DNA from: an uncultured Omnitrophica bacterium
Lineage (GTDB): Bacteria; Omnitrophota; Gorgyraeia; JACQQV01
NCBI GenBank assembly: GCA_947085655.1
Contig: CAMTXH010000005.1
Span: 6,110 to 70,109 of the forward strand
Direction: 5' to 3'
Length of the DNA stretch: 64,000 bases
Below the pieces are notes generated by a model that was not told the DNA's origin, ran no database searches, and saw only the letters and a program-made list of their open reading frames with translations. The position numbers and the translations under genes were made by a program. Positions within the stretch are counted from its first letter, which is position 1, and each line of letters starts with the position of its first letter. This document shows positions 42,301 to 53,532 of the stretch, piece after piece.

Positions 42301-43269
42301 ATGAGAAAAAACGCACCCGCTTACGCAAAATCAGGAGTCAGTTTTGAGCGTGTAGATCGCTTTATTCAAAAGGCGTTTCCTTATATACGCTCGACCCGGC
42401 GTCCGGGCGTTGTGAAGAGTACAGGGCGCTTTGCGGGTGTTTTTAAACACAGGGGGGAATGCTGGGTTTCGAGCACCGACGGTGTCGGCACAAAGCTTGA
42501 GTATGCGTTTGCGGCAGACCGTCATGAAGAGGTCGGCATTGATTGCGTGGCCATGAACGTCAATGACATCGTCACAAAGGGAGCCGAGCCGCGCTTTTTC
42601 TTGAATTATATTGCGACGGGCAGGGTCAGAGAAAAATCACTCCTTCCTCTTTTGCGGGGAATCAGCCGGGGCTGCCGCGAGGCGGGATGCGCTTTAATCA
42701 GCGGAGAGACGGCGGAGATGCCCGGCTTTTTCCCGGATGGCAAATATGACGTGGCCGGTTTTGCGGTCGGGGTCACCAAAGAAAAAGAGTTTATCGGGGA
42801 TAGAAAGATTTCAAAAGGAGATCTGATCATCGGGCTTGCTTCAAGCGGTCTTCATTCGAATGGATTCTCCCTTGTGAGAAAAGTTTTCCCGGAAAACAGA
42901 ACATCCCGGGCCATGATGAAACGTCTGCTCCGTCCGACGCGCATTTATGTGAAGCCGGTCCTTGCTTTGAAAAAACGTTTTTTCCTGAAGTCCGTGATCC
43001 ACATTACCGGTGGGGGGCTTTACAACCGCCTTTTCGAGAACATCCCAAAGAGCCGTCACGCGGTCTTGTATCAGAAAAGCTGGCCCATTCCTTCTATCTT
43101 CCTTGAAATTGAAAAACGGGGAAGAATTCCCCGAAAGGAGATGCTGTCCACCTTTAATATGGGAATCGGCATGGCGGTGGTCTGCCGCGCAAAAGACATT
43201 TCCGGAATCCGGCGGGTCTTGAAACGGTTCCGGATTCCCTCGTGGGTCATTGGGGAAGTGGTGGCATGA
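42301..43269 (+). CDS. purM: AIR synthase
   Basis: TDGVGTK, GETAEMPG, SSGLHSNGFS, HITGGG, TFNMGIG. Confidence 0.95.
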   Translation: MRKNAPAYAKSGVSFERVDRFIQKAFPYIRSTRRPGVVKSTGRFAGVFKHRGECWVSSTDGVGTKLEYAFAADRHEEVGIDCVAMNVNDIVTKGAEPRFFLNYIATGRVREKSLLPLLRGISRGCREAGCALISGETAEMPGFFPDGKYDVAGFAVGVTKEKEFIGDRKISKGDLIIGLASSGLHSNGFSLVRKVFPENRTSRAMMKRLLRPTRIYVKPVLALKKRFFLKSVIHITGGGLYNRLFENIPKSRHAVLYQKSWPIPSIFLEIEKRGRIPRKEMLSTFNMGIGMAVVCRAKDISGIRRVLKRFRIPSWVIGEVVA

Positions 43270-44558
43270 GGATCCTGGTCATCGGTTCCGGGGGAAGGGA
43301 GCATGCGCTCGTCTGGAAACTGGCCCAGAGCCGGTCGGTCAAGAAACTCTTTGCCGCTCCGGGGAATGCCGGGATCAGCGAGCAGGCCGCCTGTGTCTCG
43401 ATCGGCGCGGGGAACATCCCGGCCCTTGTCGATTTCGCAAAGAAGGAAAAGATTGACCTGACCGTGGTCGGACCGGAGGCGCCCCTCTGCGCGGGGATTG
43501 CGGATGCGTTTGCGGAAAGCGGCTTGACGATTTTCGGGCCGAGCCGGAAGGCCTCCCGGCTTGAAGGAAGTAAAATTTTTGCCAAGGAACTGATGACCCG
43601 GCATCAGGTTCCAACCGCCCCGTTTGAGGTCTTCCGCTCGCTGGCCACAGCGAGTGCCGGCCTTCTCAAATGGAAGGGCCCTTGTGTGGTCAAAGCGGAC
43701 GGCCTTTGTCAGGGAAAAGGTGTTTTGGTGGCACAGGATACGGAGGAGGCTGCTGCCGCCGTCCGGATCTTGATGGAGAAAAAGGCCTTCGGGAGCGCCG
43801 GTGAGCAAATTATAATAGAGGAACGTCTTGAAGGAGAAGAGGCCTCAATGCTTGCTTTGACGGACGGCAAGGAGATTTGTCTTCTCCCCTCCAGTCAGGA
43901 CCATAAGCGGGTTTATGAGCAGGACCGCGGACCGAACACAGGAGGAATGGGGGCCTATTCCCCAGCGCCGGTGGTGACAGCGGCTGTCGAGAAAGAGATT
44001 CGCCGCCGGATTCTGGCGCCGGCTCTTCGCGGGATGGCCCAAGAGGATTCGCCCTATCGGGGCGTTTTGTATGCAGGACTCATGCTGACCCGAAGCGGGC
44101 CGATGGTGTTGGAGTTTAACGTCCGGTTCGGGGATCCGGAGACGCAGGCGATCCTTCCCCGCTTAAAAGGGGATTTTGCCCATCTTCTTTTTGAACTGGC
44201 CCAAGGCCGGTTTCCGAAGGGAATGTTGGAGATTGACGAACGTCCGTGCGTTTCGGTCGTCCTTGCCTCAGGGGGATATCCCGGCGAGTACGAAAAAGGG
44301 AAGGTGATTGAAGGACTTGAAACGGCGGCGAGACAAAAGGATGTGGTGGTATTCCATGCAGGGACCGAAAAGAAAGACGGAACGTTCCTCACAAGCGGCG
44401 GCCGGGTGCTTGCCGTCAGTGCGTTGGGCGAGACGCTTGAAGAAGCGGTGAAACAGGCGTATGAAACTGTTTCCCAAATCCACTTTGAGGGCATGTATTA
44501 TCGAAAAGACATCGCCTATCGTGCGTTAACCAAGACTCAGGGAGTCAAGTCCACATGA
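43266..44558 (+). CDS. purD: Phosphoribosylamine-glycine ligase
   Basis: [32 protein letters not shown]. Confidence 0.97.
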   Translation: MRILVIGSGGREHALVWKLAQSRSVKKLFAAPGNAGISEQAACVSIGAGNIPALVDFAKKEKIDLTVVGPEAPLCAGIADAFAESGLTIFGPSRKASRLEGSKIFAKELMTRHQVPTAPFEVFRSLATASAGLLKWKGPCVVKADGLCQGKGVLVAQDTEEAAAAVRILMEKKAFGSAGEQIIIEERLEGEEASMLALTDGKEICLLPSSQDHKRVYEQDRGPNTGGMGAYSPAPVVTAAVEKEIRRRILAPALRGMAQEDSPYRGVLYAGLMLTRSGPMVLEFNVRFGDPETQAILPRLKGDFAHLLFELAQGRFPKGMLEIDERPCVSVVLASGGYPGEYEKGKVIEGLETAARQKDVVVFHAGTEKKDGTFLTSGGRVLAVSALGETLEEAVKQAYETVSQIHFEGMYYRKDIAYRALTKTQGVKST

Positions 44559-45058
44559 GAAAACCTCTTGTCAGTATTGTGATGGGGAGCGATTCGGATC
44601 TCCCGACGATGAAAGAGACGAGTGATATTTTGAAAGAATTCAACATTCCGCATGAGGTGCGGATTCTCTCCGCCCACCGGAGCCCCAAGACAACCGCCCG
44701 GTACGCGGAGGAAGCCCAGAAGCGGGGCATCCGCGTGATCGTTGCGGCCGCGGGGGGAGCGGCCCATCTGGCCGGCGTGATTGCCGCCCACACGGTGTTG
44801 CCGGTCATCGGCGTCCCGATTGAAACCAAAAGTCTCAAAGGGGTCGATTCCCTTTTTTCAACGGTTCAGATGCCGCCCGGCGTCCCGGTGGGGACGATGG
44901 CGATCGGAAAAAGCGGCGCCAAAAATGCGGGCCTGTTTGCCGCAGAGCTTCTTGCGACCGATCACACCCCTCTTCGACAGAGACTCTTTGCCTATAAAAA
45001 GAAGATGGCCCGCGGGGTACGTCTCAAAGACCAAACCAAGGGATTCCGCTTTCCGTGA
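44555..45058 (+). CDS. purE: N5-CAIR mutase
   Basis: [28 protein letters not shown]. Confidence 0.97.
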   Translation: MRKPLVSIVMGSDSDLPTMKETSDILKEFNIPHEVRILSAHRSPKTTARYAEEAQKRGIRVIVAAAGGAAHLAGVIAAHTVLPVIGVPIETKSLKGVDSLFSTVQMPPGVPVGTMAIGKSGAKNAGLFAAELLATDHTPLRQRLFAYKKKMARGVRLKDQTKGFRFP

Positions 45059-45669
45059 AGACAGCTACAACGGTGATAACCGTCAGGAACGATAATCTTG
45101 AAGAAGCAGCGCGGCAGGCGGGAAAATTTCTCCGAGAGGGAAAACTGGTTGCGTTTCCGACGGAAACGGTTTACGGACTGGGCGTTGATCTTGAAAATTC
45201 CGAGGCGGTGAAACGTCTTTATGAAGTGAAAGGGAGGCCTTCGGAAAAATCCCTGACGCTGGCCATCGCCGGCCCGGACGATTTAAAGACCCGCGGCGTT
45301 TTGCTTTCCCCTGTGGCGAAGCGGCTGGCGGACCGTTTTTGGCCGGGACCTCTTACTTTAATTTTGCAGCTTCAAAACGGAGAGACGTTGGGTGTCCGGA
45401 TGCCGGATCATCCGGTTGCCCGGAAGGTGATTGCTTCATCCGGCGTGCCGATCGGCCTTCCGAGCGCCAATCCTTCCGGAAAAACACCTCCCCGGAGCGC
45501 CGAAGAGGTGGTTGCATATTTTGACGGAGCAATCGATTTAATTGTGGACGGCGGGAAAACCGTCTTTGGGGTCTCCTCCACCGTCGTCAGGGTGGAGGGG
45601 ACTTCCTGGTCCGTCGAAAGGGAGGGAGCGATTCCGAAACAGGAGATTGAGCGGATATGCCGCGGGTGA
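45055..45669 (+). CDS. tsaC: L-threonylcarbamoyladenylate synthase (YrdC/Sua5 domain)
   Basis: [33 protein letters not shown]. Confidence 0.93.
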   Translation: MKTATTVITVRNDNLEEAARQAGKFLREGKLVAFPTETVYGLGVDLENSEAVKRLYEVKGRPSEKSLTLAIAGPDDLKTRGVLLSPVAKRLADRFWPGPLTLILQLQNGETLGVRMPDHPVARKVIASSGVPIGLPSANPSGKTPPRSAEEVVAYFDGAIDLIVDGGKTVFGVSSTVVRVEGTSWSVEREGAIPKQEIERICRG

Positions 45670-46121
45670 AGCGAGTCCTCTTCGTCTGTACCGGCAACAG
45701 CTGCCGCAGCGTCATGGCGAAGGGACTTCTTAAAAAGATGCTTCAGGGCCGGAATGATGTGATGGTACTTTCGGCCGGGATTGCCGCCATGCCGGGCCTT
45801 CGCGCAACCCAGGAAACAATCAATGTGATGGCCAAAAACGGCATCGATGTCGCCTCGCATCTCACCCAGCGGTTGACGAACGAAATGGTGGAAGAAGCGG
45901 ATCTGGTCTTGGTGATGGAACGGTTTCACAAGCAGGAAATTTTGAGTCGCGTTCCCGGCGCGTCGAAGAAGGTGCATCTTTTGCGGGAATTTGGAGGGAC
46001 CCATTCGCCGGATGCGGCCGAGATCGATATTGTGGACCCGATTGCCAAGCCGACGGAAGTTTATGAATCCTGTTTTCAGACGATCCGGGAGGCCGTGGAA
46101 AAGGCGGTCCAAAAAATATGA
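45657..46121 (+). CDS. Low-molecular-weight protein phosphatase (YwlE-like)
   Basis: P-loop VCTGNSCRS and DIVDP; sits between tsaC and rpiB as in Bacillus. Confidence 0.9.
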   Translation: MPRVKRVLFVCTGNSCRSVMAKGLLKKMLQGRNDVMVLSAGIAAMPGLRATQETINVMAKNGIDVASHLTQRLTNEMVEEADLVLVMERFHKQEILSRVPGASKKVHLLREFGGTHSPDAAEIDIVDPIAKPTEVYESCFQTIREAVEKAVQKI

Positions 46122-46570
46122 GAATCGCCATCGGTTCGGACCATCGCGGGTTTTCCCTGAAGGCGAAACTGATCCGGTTTCTTAAGGGAAACGGTTTTGA
46201 GGTGGCGGATCTCGGCACCCATTCCGAAAAGCCGCCCTCCGACTACCCGGATGTCGCTTCGAAGCTGGCCCGGCGGGTGGCGGGTGGCGCTTTTGAACGG
46301 GGACTTTTGATTTGCGGAACCGGCATCGGGATGTCGATCGCCGCCAACAAAATCAAAGGCATCCGCGCGGCCCGGTGTCTGACGAAACGGGACGCTCTCC
46401 TTTCGCGGGAACACAACGATTCAAATGTCCTTGCTCTCGACGGAACCACGACCGTGCAGACGGCAAAAGAAATTGTTCAAACCTGGCTCAAGACCGAAGC
46501 CAAGGGAGGCCGGCACCGCCGGCGCGTCCTGAAGATTGAACGGCTCGAAAAACAATTCGGAAAGGGATAA
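46118..46570 (+). CDS. rpiB: Ribose-5-phosphate isomerase B
   Basis: GSDHRG, DYPD, CGTGIG, HNDSN, GGRHRRR. Confidence 0.96.
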   Translation: MRIAIGSDHRGFSLKAKLIRFLKGNGFEVADLGTHSEKPPSDYPDVASKLARRVAGGAFERGLLICGTGIGMSIAANKIKGIRAARCLTKRDALLSREHNDSNVLALDGTTTVQTAKEIVQTWLKTEAKGGRHRRRVLKIERLEKQFGKG

Positions 46571-46576
46571 GTTCGT

Positions 46577-47836
46577 ATGCGCTCTCTGAAAGAAACCGAC
46601 CCGGAAATCTACCAAGCCATCCTGAATGAGACCGAAAGGGAAAACCAAAACCTTGAACTGATTGCGAGCGAGAATTTCGCAAGCGAAGCCGTTTTGGAGG
46701 CGCAGGGTTCCTGTCTCACCAATAAATATGCGGAAGGGTATCCCGCCGCCCGCTGGTACGGCGGATGCGAGCATGTGGATACGGCGGAAAATCTGGCACG
46801 GGAGCGGGCACTGAAACTTTTTAAGGCCGAACATGTCAATGTCCAGCCGCATTCAGGCACCCAGGCGAATATGGCGGTCTGTTTCGCCGTGCTCAAGCCG
46901 GGCGAGAAACTCATGGCGATGGATCTGGCGCATGGGGGGCACCTTTCGCATGGCCATCCCCTCAATTTTTCGGGTAAACTTTACCAGATCATTCCCTACG
47001 GCGTGCGGAAAGACACGGAGCAGGTTGACTTTGACCAGGTGGAAACACTTGCCAAAGAGCACAAACCGAAGATGATCCTGATCGGCGCATCCGCCTATCC
47101 GCGCATCTTCGACTTTCCCCGCTTCCGGAAAATTGCAGACAAAGTCGGCGCCTATCTTTTTGTCGACATGGCGCATTTTGCGGGGCTGGTGGCGGCCGGG
47201 ATTCACCCAACCCCCATCCCTCATGCGGAGTTTGTCACCACCACCACCCATAAGACGCTGCGCGGTCCGCGCGGCGGCATGATTTTCTGCAAACAAGAAT
47301 TCGCCAAGGCGATTGACAAGGAAGTGTTTCCGGGCGTCCAGGGAGGACCCCTCATGCATGTGATTGCCGCCAAAGCGGTAGCACTCAAGGAGGCGTTGAC
47401 GGAGGAGTTCAGGATTTACCAGAAACAGATTGTAAAAAACTGCCAGACCCTTGCTTCGGAATTCAAGCGCCTCGGCTACCGGATTGTCTCCGGCGGAACG
47501 GACACCCATCTCCTTCTCATGGATGTCACCTCCAAGGGCTTGACCGGTAAGGAGGCGCAAGTGGCGCTCGACCGGGCCCGGATCACCGTGAATAAAAATT
47601 TAATTCCTTTTGATACCAAAAGCCCCTTCCATGCCAGCGGTATCCGGATCGGGACGCCCGCCGTCACCACCCGAGGGATGAAGGAAAATGAAATGAAGCA
47701 AATCGCCTCCTCCATCGACCGGGTGCTGTCGAGTCCCCAGGATGAATCGGTAGCGGCTTCTGTGCGGGAGGCGGTGGAAGAACTGACAAAGCGGTTTCCC
47801 CTCTATGAGGAGGCGGTCCGCCAGATGCGAACATGA
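46577..47836 (+). CDS. glyA: Serine hydroxymethyltransferase
   Basis: [28 protein letters not shown]. Confidence 0.98.
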   Translation: MRSLKETDPEIYQAILNETERENQNLELIASENFASEAVLEAQGSCLTNKYAEGYPAARWYGGCEHVDTAENLARERALKLFKAEHVNVQPHSGTQANMAVCFAVLKPGEKLMAMDLAHGGHLSHGHPLNFSGKLYQIIPYGVRKDTEQVDFDQVETLAKEHKPKMILIGASAYPRIFDFPRFRKIADKVGAYLFVDMAHFAGLVAAGIHPTPIPHAEFVTTTTHKTLRGPRGGMIFCKQEFAKAIDKEVFPGVQGGPLMHVIAAKAVALKEALTEEFRIYQKQIVKNCQTLASEFKRLGYRIVSGGTDTHLLLMDVTSKGLTGKEAQVALDRARITVNKNLIPFDTKSPFHASGIRIGTPAVTTRGMKENEMKQIASSIDRVLSSPQDESVAASVREAVEELTKRFPLYEEAVRQMRT

Positions 47837-48312
47837 GATGCCCTTTCTGTGGACACTCGGAAGACCGGGTGGTTGATTCGCGCGAAAGCGAAGAGGATGT
47901 CTATATCCGGCGGCGCCGGGAGTGCCTGAAGTGCGAACGGCGTTTTACGACCTATGAGCGGATTGAGAGTATTCCGCTTATGGTGGTAAAGAAGGATGGA
48001 CGGCGGGAACCGTTTGACCGGCGCAAGGTCCTTGGAGGCATCACCAAGGCATGCGAGAAGCGGTCGATTTCGATGGAACAACTCGAGGAGATTACCGACG
48101 CCATCGAACGGGCCCTTCAGAATAAATTTGAAAAAGAAGTTCAGAGCAAGGCGGTCGGGGAAGAGGTCATGAAACAGCTCCAACCGTTGGACGACGTCGC
48201 CTACGTCCGGTTCGCCTCGGTCTACCATCAATTCAAAGACCTGAATGAATTTGCGGAAGAAGTGAACGACCTGATTTTGAACCGGAAGGGGAAACCCCAG
48301 AAAAAACGCTAA
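47833..48312 (+). CDS. nrdR: Transcriptional repressor NrdR
   Basis: MRCPFC, IRRRREC, RFTTYE, ATP cone, [10 protein letters not shown]. Confidence 0.97.
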   Translation: MRCPFCGHSEDRVVDSRESEEDVYIRRRRECLKCERRFTTYERIESIPLMVVKKDGRREPFDRRKVLGGITKACEKRSISMEQLEEITDAIERALQNKFEKEVQSKAVGEEVMKQLQPLDDVAYVRFASVYHQFKDLNEFAEEVNDLILNRKGKPQKKR

Positions 48313-49781
48313 GGGGACTCGGAGGGTTCAGGTTCGGGGAGTTCGACGTTGGAGACCAGCGCGGCCTTTTCCCGCAGCGTGCGGTACCACTCTATAAAAT
48401 GGTCGGCCTGTCTTTCCGCAAGGATCCTTTCGCGAAAGGTCTCTTTTTCTTCCTGAAAGGCCTCTTCCGTAACCGGCTTCTCCTCCTCCACCCTTAGAAT
48501 CACAAAGCCATCCGGAATCGGAATCACCCCACTCACCTCTTTTAGAGGAAAATGAAAAGCCGCCTCGCTGAATGTTGGGGCGAATCCTATCGTTTCGATA
48601 AATCCTTGCCGGCCGAAAAAATCGGTCTGGTTTAAGTTCAAACCGACCGCCTGGACCGCCTCCTCCCACGGCATTGCGGAAAGTTTTTCCTGAAGGGCTG
48701 CCTTGGCCTCTTCCGCTTTCTTTCGGGCGAGTGCCATCGCCTGGTCGGTTCGGTAACGCTTTTCCACTTCTTTGTGTGCCTCTTCAAACGAAAGGGTCTG
48801 AGGGGGATGAATCTCGAGAACTTTCATAATGACAATCTTACCTCCCGTTTCAATCGGTTCGGTCGTCTCGCCGGCGTTTAACTGGAAAAGTTTCTGCATC
48901 CAATCATAGGAAAACCCCGCTACAGGCAGAGGATCTCCGAGGGAGAAAAAGTCTGTCTCCCGGGCAACAAGCCCTTCTTGCTTCGCCGCCTCTTCCAAAG
49001 TTTTTCCTTCCAGGGTTGCATCAAAGACCCGGTCCATCCGGTTTCGGATTTCTATTTTCGAGGCCTCTGAATCTGTGGCAAAGTCAGTCATGACGTATGC
49101 CGCACGCCGTCCCTCCCCACGATTGAATATCGCCGCGTGTGTATCGTAATAGGCCTTGAGAGCTTCCTCCGTGACCGGGACATCCTTCTCGAAATCCGAA
49201 CTTTTCCACGAAAGGTACGAGACGCGCCGCTGTTCATGGAGTTTTTCGTATTCTTCACGGAGGGTCTCTTCATCCATCGAGAACTCCTTGCCAATTTCCT
49301 CGCGCAGTTTGGATATGACGAGGGTCTTCCGGACATCTTCCTCGAAAGTGCGGGGATCCATCCGGAAGGCGCTCTGGAGAATGGTTTCGTAGCGCTCCCG
49401 GTCGAATTGGCCGGGGTTCTCCGGCTTCCAGAAGACCGGCATATTCCGGACATATTCCACAATCTCGTCATTTGAAACCGTGACACCCCGTTTTTTCGCT
49501 TCGTGAAGCAGAATGAGCCGGTCCCAGGTCAGGTCTATCGGATTCAGATTCTGGGCATAGACTTGAAGATTGGAAAGGGAAAGGAGGATCTGCACCGAAC
49601 GGTAGGCCTGGTCAAAGGCATCCCAGGTGACTCTTTTCCCGAAGATCTTTCCCGCTTCGGAGGCCCGCTGGCGGTTCTGGATACCAGTTCCGACCCCCCA
49701 GAGGATGAAAGTCGGGATAATCACGACTGCAATTCCCCAGAGGAAGATCTTGGTATATTTACGGAAGAGTTTGATGATCAT
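48309..49781 (-). CDS. SurA/PpiD-like periplasmic chaperone / PPIase
   Basis: N-terminal TM anchor, SurA_N-like region (EAKKRGVTVSNDEI), degenerate parvulin-like domains. Confidence 0.85.
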   Translation of the reverse strand: MIIKLFRKYTKIFLWGIAVVIIPTFILWGVGTGIQNRQRASEAGKIFGKRVTWDAFDQAYRSVQILLSLSNLQVYAQNLNPIDLTWDRLILLHEAKKRGVTVSNDEIVEYVRNMPVFWKPENPGQFDRERYETILQSAFRMDPRTFEEDVRKTLVISKLREEIGKEFSMDEETLREEYEKLHEQRRVSYLSWKSSDFEKDVPVTEEALKAYYDTHAAIFNRGEGRRAAYVMTDFATDSEASKIEIRNRMDRVFDATLEGKTLEEAAKQEGLVARETDFFSLGDPLPVAGFSYDWMQKLFQLNAGETTEPIETGGKIVIMKVLEIHPPQTLSFEEAHKEVEKRYRTDQAMALARKKAEEAKAALQEKLSAMPWEEAVQAVGLNLNQTDFFGRQGFIETIGFAPTFSEAAFHFPLKEVSGVIPIPDGFVILRVEEEKPVTEEAFQEEKETFRERILAERQADHFIEWYRTLREKAALVSNVELPEPEPSESP

Positions 49782-49896
49782 AGGGATAACTCGGTTACCT
49801 ATTATACGTTAGCTCGGCTTTGAATCAAGTAATTTCTCCGGCTTCCTCGATTGACTTTTAACAGGGTTTATGTTACTCTTTGAGAGGAGTAACCTT

Positions 49897-50787
49897 ATGG
49901 CAAAGACGCAATCCAAAAAATTGAAGCTTGGACTTCCGAAGGGGAGTCTTCAGGAATCGACCGTCGCGATGTTCAAAAGGGCCGGGTTCAAGATTCTGGT
50001 GAATGCCCGCTCCTATTATCCGATGATCGATGACGAGGAGATTCAGCCGATTTTGCTGCGGGCGCAGGAGATGTCCCGGTATGTCGAGGGGGGGGTCTTG
50101 GACTGCGGGCTCACCGGGAACGACTGGATTTTGGAGAACGGTTCGGATGTGGTCCGGGTGGCAGAGCTGGTCTATGCCAAGCAGGGGCTTCGGCCGGTCC
50201 GGTGGGTGTTGGCGGTTCCGGAAGATTCGCCGATCCGGAGTGCCAAGGATTTGAACGGAAAACGGGTCGCGACGGAACTGGTCCGCGTCACGGAAGATTA
50301 TTTTAAAAAGAAAAAGGTCAATGCCAAGGTGGAGTTCAGTTGGGGCGCGACCGAAGCAAAAGTCGGGACAAAAGTGGTGCATGCCATTGTCGAACTGACC
50401 GAAACCGGTGCGAGTCTCCAGGCGAATCATCTCCGCATCATCGATACCCTGTGCGAATCGACGACACAGCTCATCGCAAACAAAAAATCGTGGGAGGACC
50501 GCTGGATGCGGGAGAAGATCGAGAATATCGCCCTTCTTTTGAAAAGCGCGTTGGTGGCCGAGGAGAAAGTCGGATTGAAGATGAATGTGGCGAAGAAAGA
50601 TCTCTCAAAAGTCCTTAAGATCCTCCCCGCCATGAAAAAACCGACGATTTCAAATCTCTCCGATGCGGGATGGGTGGCGCTGGATACCATTGTGGATGAA
50701 AAGACGGTCCGCGTGCTGATTCCAAAACTGAAACAGGCAGGCGCAACCGGCATCATCGAGTATCCTTTAAATAAGGTCATTGATTAA
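49897..50787 (+). CDS. hisG: ATP phosphoribosyltransferase (long form)
   Basis: GLPKGSL, LRAQEM, GATEAK, ETGASL, C-terminal regulatory domain (PTIS). Confidence 0.95.
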   Translation: MAKTQSKKLKLGLPKGSLQESTVAMFKRAGFKILVNARSYYPMIDDEEIQPILLRAQEMSRYVEGGVLDCGLTGNDWILENGSDVVRVAELVYAKQGLRPVRWVLAVPEDSPIRSAKDLNGKRVATELVRVTEDYFKKKKVNAKVEFSWGATEAKVGTKVVHAIVELTETGASLQANHLRIIDTLCESTTQLIANKKSWEDRWMREKIENIALLLKSALVAEEKVGLKMNVAKKDLSKVLKILPAMKKPTISNLSDAGWVALDTIVDEKTVRVLIPKLKQAGATGIIEYPLNKVID

Positions 50788-50876
50788 AGGGACGTGTTCA
50801 TAAAGTGTCCCTCGCGTGATCTTCATTCAAGGGACACTTTTGAACATGTCCCATAGAGGGACGATACAAGGGACAC
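50788..50876. repeat. Inverted doublet of GGGAC...GTCCC palindromic units
   Basis: agggacgtgttcataaagtgtccct and its near reverse complement agggacacttttgaacatgtccca, plus two more agggac half-sites. Confidence 0.75.
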
Positions 50877-50960
50877 CCGGCCTGTCGGCCAGGACAGGCT
50901 TTCGAAAACGTCCCATGGAAGGATTAGGAAGGAAAAGAAGAAGGAGGGAGGTGACCCCAA

Positions 50961-51056
50961 GTGCCCAGTGGCAAAAAACGGAAACGGCGCAAGATGGCCA
51001 AGCATAAAAGAAAGAAAAAACTGCGCAAGAACCGCCACAAGAAAAGACAGCGCTGA
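50961..51056 (+). CDS. 31-aa basic protein, AURKAIP1/COX24 (DUF1713, bS22/mS38-like)
   Basis: GTG after RBS ggaggt; MPSGKKRKRRKMAKHKRKKKLRKNRHKKRQR. Below the ORF-track size cut-off. Confidence 0.85.
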   Translation: MPSGKKRKRRKMAKHKRKKKLRKNRHKKRQR

Positions 51057-51062
51057 TTCAGC

Positions 51063-52622
51063 ATGATCTTTCAATTTTTCGTGATGCTTCTCATCGGATC
51101 AGTTTTTTCCGGCTGCCAGACGACCCAACAGGCAACCGTGAAAAAAGTGATCATCGTGGGGACCCCTTCTCCTCAGAAAGCCCCCCCGCTGGACGTCCAT
51201 TTCGAAAGGCGAGACCGGAAAAAGCGCTCGCAAAAAGCGCTGATGAAGGCCTATGCCCACTATGCGCTCGGAACGCTCCACGAAAACAAGGACCGGATCG
51301 AGGAGGCGGTTCAGGAATACGAGCGGGCGCTCAAGTATGACGAAACCTCAAGCGCCATTCATACACGTCTCGGCGCCGGCTATATCAAACTGCACCAATT
51401 TGACAAAGCGATCGAGGAACTGAATCAAGCCAAGGCTGTCGATCCAAAAGATGACCGGCCGCGAACCCTCCTCGCCCTTCTCTATATCAGTCTTCGAAGA
51501 ATACCGGAGGCGATTCAGGAATATGAAGAAGCGCTCAAGCAAAACCCCGAAAGTCCCCAGCTTCTTTTTGCGCTGACGGATCTTCATGTGGTCCAGGGCA
51601 ATCTCGATAAGGCGGCCGAGATGTACAAAACGCTGATTGCCCGGGAAGAAAACGGCATCTTTCATTTTAATCTCGGTATCATCTATACCCGGCTTTTGAA
51701 CTGGAAGGAGGCGGAAGATCACTTTCAACGGGCGACGGAACTGGAACCGCAATTTATCGATGCGTATCTGGCGCTCGGTATCCTTTACGAACTCGAGAAA
51801 AAATACGACAAGGCGATCGAGCAGTATGAACATGCGCTTCTCGCCGATCCTTTGAATCCCAAAATCTATCTCCGGCTCGGACAGCTCTATAACGACGAGG
51901 GGAAGGCGAAAGAGGCGATCCGGCAATTTCAGGCCCTTCTCAAAATGGATCCGGATTCACTCGAGGGATCGCTGGAGCTGGCGTATCTGTATCTTAAGGA
52001 GGATCGGGCCAAGGAAGCGGTTTCGATTTTGGAAAGTCTCGTGAAGCGGGGACGCCAGCACCATGATCTTTATTTTCTGTTGGGACTGGCCTACCGGTCC
52101 CTGGACCAATACGACCGGTCCCTCCAGGCCTATCTCAAAAGTCTCGAACTCAAACCGCATCAGGCGAGGACGCACTTCTACCTCGGTTCCCTCTATGATA
52201 GAATGGGCCGAAGGGAAGAAGCGATCCATTCTTTCAAGCAGGCCATCGTCCTCGATCCGGAAAATTCCAACGTTTACAACTATCTCGGCTATTTGTACGC
52301 GGAAGAGGGGATTCATCTGAAGGAAGCGGTGAAATTGATTCATAAAGCGATTACCCTCGACCCGGACAACGGCGCGTATATCGATTCCCTCGGCTGGGCC
52401 TACTATCAGCTTGGCCGGCTGGAAGATGCGGAGCGTGAAATCAAACGTGCCAGCGAGATGATTGAGGACCCGGTGGTGTACGATCATTTGGGGGACGTCT
52501 ATTTCAAACAGGGAAAGTTCGAGGCCTCCAAAGAAGCGTGGCAGAAATCCTATGAACTGGATCCGACAAACGAAGCGGTCAAGAATAAATTGGAACAGTT
52601 GAAGCAGGTCAGCCCACGATGA
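51063..52622 (+). CDS. TPR-repeat lipoprotein
   Basis: Lipobox FSGC, many TPRs, C-terminal NYLGY...YIDSLGWAYY...DHLGD motif. Confidence 0.9.
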   Translation: MIFQFFVMLLIGSVFSGCQTTQQATVKKVIIVGTPSPQKAPPLDVHFERRDRKKRSQKALMKAYAHYALGTLHENKDRIEEAVQEYERALKYDETSSAIHTRLGAGYIKLHQFDKAIEELNQAKAVDPKDDRPRTLLALLYISLRRIPEAIQEYEEALKQNPESPQLLFALTDLHVVQGNLDKAAEMYKTLIAREENGIFHFNLGIIYTRLLNWKEAEDHFQRATELEPQFIDAYLALGILYELEKKYDKAIEQYEHALLADPLNPKIYLRLGQLYNDEGKAKEAIRQFQALLKMDPDSLEGSLELAYLYLKEDRAKEAVSILESLVKRGRQHHDLYFLLGLAYRSLDQYDRSLQAYLKSLELKPHQARTHFYLGSLYDRMGRREEAIHSFKQAIVLDPENSNVYNYLGYLYAEEGIHLKEAVKLIHKAITLDPDNGAYIDSLGWAYYQLGRLEDAEREIKRASEMIEDPVVYDHLGDVYFKQGKFEASKEAWQKSYELDPTNEAVKNKLEQLKQVSPR

Positions 52623-53458
52623 GCCCCAAAGCGGACATTCAAGCTCTTAAAAAGAAAGCCAAGGAAATCCGGCGGGATGATCTCACGATGATTGCCAAGG
52701 CCGGTTCCGGACACCCGGGAGGGTCGCTTTCGATGGTGGAAATCCTGACCACTCTTTTTTACGGCGGTGTTCTCCGGCACGACCCAAAAAACCCGGAGTG
52801 GGACAAGCGCGACCGGCTGGTCCTCTCAAAGGGCCACGGCTGCCCGGCCCTTTATGTGGTATTGGCTCACCGGGGATATTTTCCGAGGGATCTTCTCTGG
52901 ACCCTCCGAAAACTTGGATCCCCTCTTCAGGGACATCCCCAGCGCGGCCTTCTTCCCGGCATTGAAATTTCTTCCGGATCGCTCGGCCAGGGACTTTCCA
53001 TCGCCGGCGGGATGGCCCTGGCGGCAAAACTGGATAAGCAAACACACCGGATTTACTGCATCATCGGCGACGGAGAAAGCGATGAGGGCCAGATTTGGGA
53101 AGCGGCGATGACCGCGGCCAAGTATGCGCTGGATAATTTCTGCGCGATCCTGGATGCCAACGGCGTCCAGCAAAACGGGCCGGTCAGCGAAATCAAAAAC
53201 CTTGAACCGCTCCCCGAAAAATGGCGGAGTTTCGGATGGCATCCGATTGAACTGAACGGCCACCGGTTTGAAGAACTCCTTGCGGCCTTTGAAAAGGCAA
53301 AGTCCGTCAAGGGGAAACCGGCCATTCTCATTGCCCGGACGGTCAAAGGGAAGGGGGTCTCTTTTATGGAAGGGCAAAGCAGCTGGCACGGCAAGGCGCC
53401 GAAACCGGAGGAACTGGAGCGGGCCCTTCAGGAAATCGAAGCGGGAAATATCGGATAA
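52619..53458 (+). CDS. Transketolase, N-terminal (TPP-binding) subunit
   Basis: SGHPGGSLS, LSKGHG, GSLGQG, GDGESDEGQIWE. Confidence 0.95.
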   Translation: MSPKADIQALKKKAKEIRRDDLTMIAKAGSGHPGGSLSMVEILTTLFYGGVLRHDPKNPEWDKRDRLVLSKGHGCPALYVVLAHRGYFPRDLLWTLRKLGSPLQGHPQRGLLPGIEISSGSLGQGLSIAGGMALAAKLDKQTHRIYCIIGDGESDEGQIWEAAMTAAKYALDNFCAILDANGVQQNGPVSEIKNLEPLPEKWRSFGWHPIELNGHRFEELLAAFEKAKSVKGKPAILIARTVKGKGVSFMEGQSSWHGKAPKPEELERALQEIEAGNIG

Positions 53459-53532
53459 CAGGGACTGTCCCTAAGCGTGCTAAGTATCATCTCATCGTTC
53501 GTTGTTCGGTTCGATGAAGGTAAGGAAACGAG

